Shown one piece after another: positions 39,712 through 50,964 of a DNA stretch of 64,000 bases. This DNA comes from Macrostomum lignano (lineage: Eukaryota). Below the pieces are notes generated by a model, which searched no databases, was not told the DNA's origin, and saw only the letters and a list, made by a program, of their open reading frames with translations. Made by a program: the position numbers and the translations under genes. Positions within the stretch are counted from its first letter, which is position 1; each line of letters starts with the position of its first letter. The stretch spans positions 434,001 to 498,000 of the forward strand of contig NIVC01000089.1 of the NCBI GenBank assembly GCA_002269645.1, given 5' to 3'.

Positions 39712-42700
39712 TCAACTTAGCTCAGCAATTTGCTCAACCACAACCACACTACCATTTACAGCGTCGCCAAATACAGCACCTTGACCGTCGCGAAAAGTAC
39801 ACAGAGCAGTTGGACGAGTCACCGAACCAATGGCAGAGTCGACGTCCTTAGCAACGGTAACAACGCCCAACCCGGAGTTGGCGAGATTAATTAGCAACAA
39901 TCTGCAGACTTCTCTTATTCCATTGTCACCAAGGCAGACAGCGGCCGGCAGGATTAGTCGATCCCGGCTGTACACCATCAGCCCAGTCAGCACCAAAGCC
40001 GACGACGTAGCAAATGGAAGCGAATTGAAGTTCAGGCGTCGGATAGGCGAAAAGGACAGCGGCGCCAGCGGAGTCCGCGCCAGGCCGCAAAGCACTACCG
40101 CCGACGGTTGCGATCCGGCCAAGGCCGCTGACGCAACAGCCAGGAGACTGTGGCTTTGGCACCAAGCCAAGCTGGCAGGCCGGCTGACGCTCAGAGATTC
40201 GCCGGACTGACGTTGCCACACGGCCGGGGCGAGGCCGGGCTGGCTGGCGGCCAGCAGCAGGCAGTCGGTGTCCGGACAGGCCACGCAGACAAGTCCGGCG
40301 TCGGATGCGGCAACATCCGTAGCACCGGTGGCAACTTCGGAGCCTTAAACAGTCATTGAAGCGTCGAAGGAGTCATTGAAAAGTGATCGGCACTTGGCAA
40401 ACCAGGGCTATAGTGGTGCATTGGCACTTTTAGTGTTTTTTACACTAAGCAGATGTACAGTGGTGCAAATTGTTGGAAATTCCACCTCACTCATTTAAAA
40501 CAAAGTGCTCTACCTTCAAGCGTCCACAGAAGACAACCCGACGGCAGCTGAAAGGCGCGCACAGAGGTGCTGGATTCGCCAGTTCGCGCCAAAACGAACA
40601 GCGCGCCGCGTCCACCGATGACAGCCGATCGAACCGCGCCGATTCCAGTCAGCGCAGTTAAGCCTGGCGGCAGGGGCTGCTGCTGGCCGCGAATGTCGTA
40701 GCAGCCAAGTCGACCGATTTTTTTTAAATCAGAGTCTTCCTGTTCAACCACGTACAGCCGGTCATTGTGGCAGGCAATAGAGAGCGGCGTGCCGGCGTTG
40801 GCGGTGCGAAAACGCCAGGAGTTCGCGCTACTGGAGGCGGAGGTCGAGGCTGAGACGGCAGAATCGTCGGCGGTTGAGGCAAGCGAATTGGAGCGCTGAG
40901 GATTGGCGAAAATACGAAGACTAATCATTGCGCGAACGAATATATATAGGAATTTAGCACGATTCAACGCTTTTTAAATTAATTATAGAGTAATATAGCT
41001 TTTTGCAGCCCATTTGGGCTTACGCGCATTGAATTTAATCCAAGATACGTTTGCCTATGTAGTGGAGCTTTTTTCTATGGTAGCAAGGCTGGCATAGCGG
41101 CATCTAATTTGGTCCAACAAGCACAATTCGGTCCATAGCTTCATTTGCAACTGCTGCGAAGGAGCAAGATCGGCCCCAGAATTGTGGACCATATGCTAGG
41201 CTGTTGAACGAACGCCATTGGCTTGTGATCGAAGCACTCGACAGAGGTGAACACCCAAATGACATTGCAAGGTTGCTGAATGTAAAAGAAAATATGGTTT
41301 ACAGCATCCATCAGCGCGTTGAAACTCTGCCGGCAGAGATCGCCTGCGAAAGGGTGGCAATCGCCAAGGCAAGTTGCTCGAGAGCCGGCCTCAGGTCCAA
41401 CTGCTACTCGAAGCAGTTGAGAAACCCTTTGACGTTGCAGAAAATGCAGCAGAAGTTGAAGAAACAGTTCCAGTTAGTTATCAGATTTCTACCATCAGCA
41501 GAGCTCTGGAAAAGTGACTGAAAATTGTTGGTAGAAACGCTGACATTCCAGCGGTACGCAACAACCTGCAGACGGTTGCGATAAGGCAAGAGTTTGTCCA
41601 ATGGCTCCCGAGCATTCGGACCAAACTGATGCTTGTTGGACCAAACTAAATGCCGCTATGCCAGCCTTGCTACCATAGACAAAATCTCCGTTACATTGGC
41701 AAACGTATCTTGGATTAAATTCAATGCTCGTAAGCCTAAATGGGCTGCAAAAAGCTATACATATATATATGTATACTTTTTTGCGATTGAATTCATCCAA
41801 ACTGCAAAACCTTTCGTCCACAAATGCTTTCTTAATGGGAGCTAAATTTAGATTATACCATAGACAACTGTGTTCACGCAAAACGGTTCATCCAGTTTGT
41901 AAAACATTTCGTCTAAACCCTACGTCCAAACAGCTAACAGCTAAACGGAGCGACTTTATTTGATATCACGAGATATTGAACAAAGCAAAAACAGTGTCTC
42001 TTGTTAGAATGTTAGTTCAAAATGTCTTCGTAGTCCAAACAGCGGCCGTAGTAACCCACAGTGTGATTGGTCCATTGCTGGCACTTCTCCTGTGTAATCA
42101 CGTGCAGTGCAGCTTCGACCTCTCTCTTCAAAATGTGCATCCGCCAGGCCTCGGTTCATCTTCGACTGTTTTGCCGGGTTCAGAATGGAAGATATGCGTT
42201 GCTGTAGCTGTAGTGGTAGCAAAAGCGAACTGTCAATTGGGTGTTAACTATGGTAGGAACAGTACACTCGGTCTCTAGTCTAGGGGACGAAATGTTTTAC
42301 AAACTGGATGAACCGTTTTGCGCGAACACAGCTGTCTATGGTATGATCTAAATTTAGCTCCCATTAAGAAAGCATTTGTGGACGAAAGGTTTTGCAGTTT
42401 GGACGAATTCAATCGCAAAAAAGTATATTACTCTATATATATATATATTTGCGACCCGTTTGATTTTTACTTGATTAAAATCCAAGACACTAAACTGGCG
42501 CATAGCAGTCTGACGTAGCAGCGTGGGAGATTTTACACAGACAATGCATAGACAACAGAAATCAATGGTAAGCCGAGGTCAATACTCGTAAACAAGTCAC
42601 TCAAGCATTTATTGCCCTAGCACTGGTATTAATATTATTATAAATATAAATGGGGAATATTATACATGTATTCCCCAGTTGCACTGGTGCAGTAGTCTAT

Positions 42701-45700
42701 GTTCTAATGGTTTATTTCGTTTATCTGCACCGGTGCAGATAAATGATTTATTTGCACCGGCACAGAGTGCAAATAAACGAGAACTTTATATTTTAAAGGG
42801 ATACATTTGGGCATCAATAACTGAGCCACAGGTGGAATGCATGACTAAAGTAAAGAATGTCACACAGAGGACCAAACGCCGAAATAAGTCTGGACCGGTG
42901 GTTTGGAGTTTGATGTTGGTGAAATAAAGCAAATTGATAGAGACAACGAATAGAATAAAAACGACGAGATTTCACTGTAACAGTCGCCAAAAGTAGTCTT
43001 AATAGTCGCCAAGAGTCACTTTGAAGCGCATTTTTTGTCTGCGACTCTGAAACGACTCTGATGCGACGCAAGTGACCCTGCCGCGACGGTATAACGACTC
43101 TGGGGCCGTAGACTCGTATTCGAAGCGCTATAGTCGTGTTTGAAGCGCATTTGCGTCGCTTGATGAATTAGAGTGACATCTCTAGCGAAATTTAAGCGAC
43201 CAACACACACGATTCTTGGAGGATTCTATCAAGACTTACAATTTCACAACGTGACGCGTTTGAGTCGTTAAAGTAAGTCACAAAAGTCACTCCAGAGTCG
43301 TTTTCTAAAACCTAGTCTAATCCATTTTTCCAAAAAACGAATTAAGTTTCAGACTGAAACTCGATCTTGGATAGCTGTGATGCAAAAACTTTAGAGCTTC
43401 TCAATCAATTTTCATCGGGAATGGTCTTGCTTAAGATAAAACGAGCAGCTTGTTTTTGGAAGTTTCTTTAGGGAGTAAATGTTCAGAGCACCGGCCCATA
43501 TAATTCGCACAGAAGTAAATCCCAGGGAAGTGCCGACACCCATGGACAAAATTAACACTAGAATATTCATTAAGTCACCCATATCGAATTTTAGGCTGCC
43601 AATGATTTTGCTTACCGTATAGGTCAGTGACCTCTCTGAGGAATATAAACGTATAACATCTATGGTGACGCATCCACTTACGTTAGCTAAAACAGCACGA
43701 TGAGGAGTTTCAATTGCAACCAGTTGCTTTGCCTCATCATTGGCTGGCTTCGCCTCTATTCTGGTGCCAATATTGGCTTCAACTGTGTCGCCAGTGCCGC
43801 CAGCAGCTGAGAAGGACTCAGTCAACGGTATGAACAGGCTGGAAAGGCGAAGTGCAGCACCCGAGATAACGGTGCTGCCTGACGACTTGATTGAACTTGC
43901 AGCTGGCAAGAGAAGCGGTTCAATGCCGTCAGCGGAACGGAAGCCGCAATTTGGGCAGGCAAGGTCGCGAGTTCGAGCATCCTGTAGCGCGACAAGACAA
44001 GGTGCGCAGAACACGTGGCCGCAAGGTATCCGTCTCGGATCAATAAACGACGCGTTGCAGACGTTGCAGGTTTGACTGATGTCCCTCTTCTGCTGCGCCT
44101 TGTCTGGGAGAGCATTTTCTTGACTGGACAGGCTCCTGTCTTTTAGATTGGCTGTGTAACCAGTGTTCTTTGTCTCTTCATTAACATTGGGTTGAGCGCT
44201 AGCCATTTCTGAAGCTTTCACTGACAAAGAAGATACTTTGGGAGCAGCAAAGAAGGGAGCAGCAGCCATCGACGCAGTGATACTAGAGGCACTAAACGTC
44301 TCAATGCTTGGCCCAGCAGAAGATTTTTGCTTACGCGCAGTGGACACAGCAACTGTTGCCACGTCAGCTGTAGCCGACTGATTCGCTGAGTTGGCCGATT
44401 CTCTAAAGGAAAAGGAAAAGAAAGGAAACTGAAATCTAGGCATGGAACAAGTCTATAGAATTAATTTGAGAATGAAATAACCGAAATAATACTTTAGTCG
44501 AGTCAGAAATTCAATTTATATATCTGATTCTATATGCTTACGAGGATACCTAAATTTTTTTTGGTTTCGACCCTTTTTGACCAAGGTCAGCGCACCAAAC
44601 TTCCACACCTTTTCAGAGCACCCCCTCCCCCTACTCTGAGTACAGCGCTCCATACGATGAAACCAGGCCTGAAAGCACTGGGACCACTTCTTCGGAATAG
44701 GCACCTCTTTTATAGGGAGGCTCTGTAGGCTTCCTCTTCGTCCTGGAATTAAAGTTCCACGAAGTTTTTCCTTGGCTAGTGCAAACAACAAGTAGTCCCA
44801 CGGTGCCAAGTCAGGAGAATTAGGAATGGATTTCTGAGCCATGAAACCCACATTGCGAGCTGCTGTGTGGGCACACTGGTATTGTCGTGGTGCCACAACA
44901 TACCGCATGTTCCGCTGCGAGGTCTCTTCTCGTGCCACTTCTGCAGAACCTCTGGTACGCATACTGTTGTGTACCATTCTTGTTGTGTCCCTTATACTGG
45001 CCCTTAATGCCAGTAATCCCAGTTTGTTTTTTCTAAGCTTGTTTGCTAAATGATGTCGACACCAAGGACTACTCAAGTGGGACGGAAAACTACGTTTTCT
45101 TAGAAAATGTTAAGAAGGCTGGTTTTCGCCAAAAATACACTACTGAGATAGGAAGTTTTCATTCTTTCAGCACAAAATTGTTATTGCTTTCGATAGGAGG
45201 CAGACCCAATGCTCAACCCCCGATATGCTGTGCCTTTCTTCTACGAAATTCTTCTCTATTTGATTCTAGGTAGAATAAAGAATTAGCACAGAATCCAAAT
45301 TTTCTGAACAAAAAACCCGTTGAACTTTTCACCCGGAATTTTTTCCTATTCCAGTAATGCAATCAGATCCGGGTGGAAATTCCGGATCTGTAACGAAAGT
45401 TTACAGAATCCGGGCGAATTTTCCGGATCATTTGGTCCGGATCACTGAGGAATTCCGACTGAAGTCCCGAAATTCTCCCGGATCAGCTTCGCCCGGAAAT
45501 TGGCTGAAATTCGGGTCAAGGGGAGCTGATCCGGGTGAATTTTCCGGATCACTGGGGAATTCCGACTGAAGTCCCGAAATCTCACCCGGAACATTTTCAT
45601 CCGGAATCTTCATCCGGTATCCTACTAAAATTCGGGTCTACACTCAGAATTCAGTAGTGTACCGGGTGAAAAATTTCGGAAAATCCAACCCGAACAGCTT

Positions 45701-48700
45701 TTCTTTTTCCCAAAATTTTACCGGATCATATTTCCGGATCTTTCTCCGGAAAAAGTGGCTGTTCCGGGCCAAAAAAGCTGATCCGGGCCTTCATCCGGAA
45801 ATAAATTAAAAATCGGGCCCGGATCACAAAATTCCGGGTGAAAAGTTCAACGGGAACTTTATGAAAATCAATATACCTATAGGAAAGGCACAACATATCA
45901 AAAGATGAAAATTGGGTCTGTCTCCTATCGGAAGCAATAACAATTTTTATGCTGAAAAAATGAAAACTTCCTATCTACGTAGTGTATTTTTGGCGAAAAC
46001 CAGCCTTCTTAACATTTTCTAAGAAACGTAGTTTACTGCTTCTTCTACTTGAGTAGTCCTTGGCCGACACACAAAGAGCACTACTCACGCTGGCCTGTCA
46101 ATAAACAGTACGGAGCCGAGCTTGTCCCAGACTGCCACAGTCTGGCAGTTGTCATCGTCGCTCGCGCTTGTCACATCGGCTGGCAGGCACTGCGCCAGCT
46201 GCACCTGGCGCACCGAGTAATCATCCAGTGAGGTGGCGCCCGGCGGCAGCCAGCTGACAACCAGCCGGCCGGGCCAGTAGCGCGCCACAACCAGCTCGCC
46301 ATCTGCGCGCACCAGCAGCGCCGGCAGAGTGGCCGATTGAAGAGATACACAAGGCCGCTGGGCTGGCCGAAATTCCGCTGTTGAAGTGGCCGAGTTTGCA
46401 TTGATTTTATAAGCGCGGATCGAATACTCGGAGCTGCTGTCGGCTGATTGGTCTGTGACCAGCAGCAGCCTGTACTGCCGGCACCAGGACAGGCGCTTGG
46501 GCTGGACCGGTTCGTTGGACTTGAATGTGCACCTGTTGATGTTTAATCAGCATTAGGAATGTAAACAGGGAATGTCAACTTGAGCACTGAAATTGGGGCC
46601 AGAAGCGAAGCAATCTATAACTTGTCCGACTAGCCGACTAGAGAGGCCGTGAGGTATGGGAAGAAGCTTTGGACTTCCATAGGATAGGATAGGACATTTA
46701 TTGGATTCTCAAATTCTGACTGCCAGCCAACAGTTCGAAGACCAGAAATTGACTACAAAGACCCTAACTATTAACCTTTAACCCCTACTTACCCTAATCA
46801 TAAATCATAACCCAAATTGCTAGCAGCCAAATCGGTAATCAAATTCATTAATTAAAATAATTGGTTTGATATTGTACCTAACATGTACTTTGGTAGCCCA
46901 AGGGAGGGACCTAGTTTCTAGTTGACTCAATGCAATAATTCAGTAGTACCTTGACAGAAATTTTAGTGCCCCTTGTAATTTCACCGAAAATATGGCTTAT
47001 CTATCAGATAGAATGAATAGAAATATTTCGTTAACACTGCTATAAATAAGAATGTGACGAATAATTTTGTACAAGCCGTACGTCATCTGGCACGGCTCGG
47101 CTCATTGGTTTAATGACCCTGTTTTATCGTTCTTAGCTGACTGTGTAACAAAGTGTGTAACAGAGATGATGAAATAGATTCATAAAATCAAAGAGTCGAG
47201 CAGTGCCATGCATTTTTATGACTTCTAGGTACAGGGAATGTACGTAGAATAAAAATCTAACATAGAATTCTAATTTTCTGAACAAAAATCTTTATTAATA
47301 TCAATAGAGCTATAAGAAAGGCAAAACATATCAAACTGCCTCCTATCGAAAGCAATAACAATTTTATATGAAAAAAGTGAAAAGTTCCTATCTCCGTAGT
47401 GTATTTTTTCGAAAAAACCAGCCTCCTTAACTTTTTCTGAGAAACGTAGTTTCCGGCCCTTCTATTCGAGTAGTCCTTGGTGTAAGTTAGCATAATAATG
47501 ATTGTTTGTTCTTATGTACATCGTTCAAAAACTGCAAGTTTTACAATCATGGTGATTATGCCGCTAAGAAGTGCATCTCGAATCCACCAATAGACTTATT
47601 TAGGTCTTGGATTAAGATATTGTTGTATTGTAATCAAAGCAAAAATGATGACATGTATTCATTTTGTTAACACACCTGTTCAAACCGCTTCCTTTATCAA
47701 CAGGGCCAGTGTAAAATTGGTGTTAACCCACCTGTTCAAACCGCTTCCTTTATCAACAGGGCCAGTGTAAAATTGGTGTTAACACACCTGTTCAAACCGC
47801 TTCCTTTATCAACAGGGCCAGTGTAAAATTGGTGTTAACACACCTGTTCAAACCGCTTCCTTTATCAACAGGGCCAGTGAAAAAAATGGTGTTAACACAC
47901 CTGTTCAAACCGCTTCCTTTATCAACAGGGCCAGTGTAAAATTGGTGTTAACCCACCTGTTCAAACCGCTTCCTTTATCAACAGGGCCAGTGTAAAATTG
48001 GTGTTAACACACCTGTTCAAACCGCTTCCTTTATCAACAGGGGCAGTGTAAAATTGGTGTTAACACACCTGTTCAAACCGCTTCCTTTATCAACAGGGCC
48101 AGTGTAAAATTGGTGTTAACCCACCTGTTCAAACCGCTTCCTTTATCAACAGGGCCAGTGTAAAATTGGTGTTAACCCACCTGTTCAAACCGCTTCCTTT
48201 ATCAACAGGGGCAGTGTAAAATTGGTGTTAACACACCTGTTCAAACCGCTTCCTTTATCAACAGGGCCAGTGTAAAATTGGTGTTAACCCACCTGTTCAA
48301 ACCGCTTCCTTTATCAACAGGGGCAGTGTAAAATTGGTGTTAACCCACCTGTTCAAACCGCTTCCTTTATCAACAGGGGCAGTGTAAAATTGGTGTTAAC
48401 CCACCTGTTCAAACCGCTTCCTTTATCAACAGGGGCAGTGTAAAATTGGTGTTAACACACCTGTTCAAACCGCTTCCTTTATCAACAGGGCCAGTGTAAA
48501 ATTGGTGTTAACACACCTGTTCAAACCGCTTCCTTTATCAACAGGGCCAGTGTAAAATTGGTGTTAACACACCTGTTCAAACCGCTTCCTTTATCAACAG
48601 GGCCTGTGTAAAATTGGTGTTAACACACCTGTTCAAACCGCTTCCTTTATCAACAGGGGCAGTGTAAAATTGGTGTTAACCCACCTGTTCAAACCGCTTC

Positions 48701-50964
48701 CTTTATCAACAGGGCCAGTGTAAAATTGGTGTTAACACACCTGTTCAAACCGCTTCCTTTATCAACAGGGCCAGTGTAAAATTGGTGTTAACACACCTGT
48801 TCAAACCGCTTCCTTTATCAACAGGGCAGTGTAAAATTGGTGTTAACCCACCTGTTCAAACCGCTTCCTTTATCAACAGGGCCAGTGTAAAATTGGTGTT
48901 AACACACCTGTTCAAACCGCTTCCTTTATCAACAGGGCCAGTGTAAAATTGGTGTTAACCCACCTGTTCAAACCGCTTCCTTTATCAACAGGGCCAGTGT
49001 AAAATTGGTGTTAACACACCTGTTCAAACCGCTTCCTTTATCAACAGGGGCAGTGTAAAATTGGTGTTAACACACCTGTTCAAACCGCTTCCTTTATCAA
49101 CAGGGGCAGTGTAAAATTGGTGTTAACCCACCTGTTCAAACCGCTTCCTTTATCAACAGGGCCAGTGTAAAATTGGTGTTAACCCACCTGTTCAAACCGC
49201 TTCCTTTATCAACAGGGCCAGTGTAAAATTGGTGTTAACACACCTGTTCAAACCGCTTCCTTTATCAACAGGGCCAGTGAAAAAAATGGTGTTAACACAC
49301 CTGTTCAAACCGCTTCCTTTATCAACAGGGCCAGTGTAAAATTGGTGTTAACCCACCTGTTCAAACCGCTTCCTTTATCAACAGGGCCAGTGTAAAATTG
49401 GTGTTAACACACCTGTTCAAACCGCTTCCTTTATCAACAGGGGCAGTGTAAAATTGGTGTTAACACACCTGTTCAAACCGCTTCCTTTATCAACAGGGCC
49501 AGTGTAAAATTGGTGTTAACCCACCTGTTCAAACCGCTTCCTTTATCAACAGGGCCAGTGTAAAATTGGTGTTAACCCACCTGTTCAAACCGCTTCCTTT
49601 ATCAACAGGGGCAGTGTAAAATTGGTGTTAACACACCTGTTCAAACCGCTTCCTTTATCAACAGGGCCAGTGTAAAATTGGTGTTAACACACCTGTTCAA
49701 ACCGCTTCCTTTATCAACAGGGGCAGTGTAAAATTGGTGTTAACCCACCTGTTCAAACCGCTTCCTTTATCAACAGGGCCAGTGTAAAATTGGTGTTAAC
49801 CCACCTGTTCAAACCGCTTCCTTTATCAACAGGGGCAGTGTAAAATTGGTGTTAACACACCTGTTCAAACCGCTTCCTTTATCAACAGGGGCAGTGTAAA
49901 ATTGGTGTTAACACACCTGTTCAAACCGCTTCCTTTATCAACAGGGCCAGTGTAAAATTGGTGTTAACCCACCTGTTCAAACCGCTTCCTTTATCAACAG
50001 GGGCAGTGTAAAATTGGTTGCGCTCCGAGCAGACAATCAGGTGTTGCCCAGTGCTAACAGCGTCCACCAAGTCAGCCAAAATGCCAGCCACAGCGGTAAC
50101 CTGGCCGCTGGTCTTGGCCCAGGCCACCCGCTTGTGCCCGGCATCAAGCAGGATCAGGCGATTCGACACGCGGCAGGCGGCAACCCGAACCGGCCAGGTC
50201 ACTTTTTTGTCGGACAATTTCACTTCTCCAATGCTACGAATCGCCGGACAATTTTCGTCGCTGCCAAGCGAATAGGCCACAAGGCGAACTTGTTCGATAC
50301 CGCGAGAACCGGACACTTCTAAGTTGTAGTAGGTGTCCCCGAGGCGGGTTGCAGAAATCAGAGGCGAAATAAGACGGACTGACTTGGACTGAGTTGTTGC
50401 TCCAAAAAGAGCTGCATTTGATCTGCCCGACTCAGCAACAGAGCCTGCAGTTGACCTACCAGACGCCGACTCGCTTAAACATCCAGAATTCGCAACAGAA
50501 GAAGCTAAAGTCGAACTGTTTGAATTCGAGGCAGAATCAGAAGAGCTCAGTACAGCATCTGCTGCAGTTTTCGCCGACTGTCTCGGTGACTGCACCGGAT
50601 TTTTGTCAACTTTGCTACCAAAATTTACCAACGAATAGCCTCCTCCAGCAACCGGAACAAAGGCGGCGGTCCTGTAACTGTCTGTCGCAGGCATCCACCG
50701 CAGTTCCAAACAGCGCATGAGCCTGGCAACTGCTGACTTTAACTCGGCATTAGATTCTCTGCTCAATTTGTTCTCTACCGAGCAGTGCCGAGTAAGCTGT
50801 GCGAGTTGCCCTGAGAGACGGGCGAAAAAAGCATCAATGTTTGTCTGGCAACAGCCGGCCGACTCTGTGGCGTCAAGGAGTCGACGAACAACGTCAGCCT
50901 TCTGACGGAGTCGCTGCCGGGCGAGCCGCTCCAGGATCAGCTGACTGTCAGCTGACTCTTGCAT
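39712..50964 (-). CDS. Array gene G10: coiled coil + propeller + C3HC4 RING + propeller, 1056-aa model (probable E3 ligase)
   Basis: Exons 50964-49973, 46532-46089, 44402-43682, 40895-40514 and 40343-39712. All joins are GT-AG and frame-compatible (phases 2,2,0,1), total 3171 nt. The exon 1/2 join reads GLNR-CTFKSNEPVQPKRLSWC, matching the paralog PxRxAWC motif. Confidence 0.6.
40996..41757 (+). mobile_element. Tc1/mariner-derived non-autonomous element
   Basis: About 130-bp TIRs (TAGCTTTTTGCAGCCCATTT... / ...AAATGGGCTGCAAAAAGCTA) with TA on both flanks. Internal remnant ORF 41204-41521 has a helix-turn-helix-like IARLLNVKENMVYSI. Confidence 0.75.
41774..42425. mobile_element. Second TA-flanked MITE with ~140-bp TIRs
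   Basis: TACTTTTTTGCGATTGAATTC...CATTTCGTC (41774-41912) is mirrored at 42285-42425. Confidence 0.75.
43946..44068 (-). other. C3HC4 RING finger coding segment
   Basis: CNVC-x11-CGHVFCAPC-x13-CPNC, TRIM-like spacing. Confidence 0.92.
44516..45050 (-). mobile_element. Degenerate mariner transposase C-terminal remnant
   Basis: PNSPDLAPWDYLLFALAKEKLRG resembles the mariner YSPDLAPxD motif, and FQAWFHRMERCTQSRG resembles the C-terminal motif. Confidence 0.75.
45062..46063. mobile_element. MITE with ~150-bp TIRs (CCAAGGACTACTCAAG...CTTGAGTAGTCCTTGG)
   Basis: Inverted arms at 45062-45207 and 45913-46063. Further family fragments at 47257-47480 and 10340-10432. Confidence 0.8.
45316..45854. mobile_element. 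Nested CCGG-rich MITE with CCC...GGG ends
   Basis: 26-bp TIR CCCGTTGAACTTTTCACCCGGAATTT. The empty-site homolog at 47275-47300 suggests a 2-bp (AA) target duplication. Confidence 0.75.
47665..50017. repeat. 56-bp tandem array (about 42 copies) derived from the G10 exon 1/intron 1 junction
   Basis: Unit (A/C)CACCTGTTCAAACCGCTTCCTTTATCAACAGGGCCAGTGTAAAATTGGTGTTAAC. Period 56 (47671, 47727...). The minus strand encodes NQFYTAPVDKGSGLNR followed by a GT donor. Confidence 0.97.

Noticed and set aside
45316-45854. piggyBac assignment from CCC/GGG ends
   Set aside because: No TTAA target duplication.
47665-50017. CRISPR-like regular array
   Set aside because: Units abut with no unique spacers, the context is eukaryotic, and the unit derives from an exon end.
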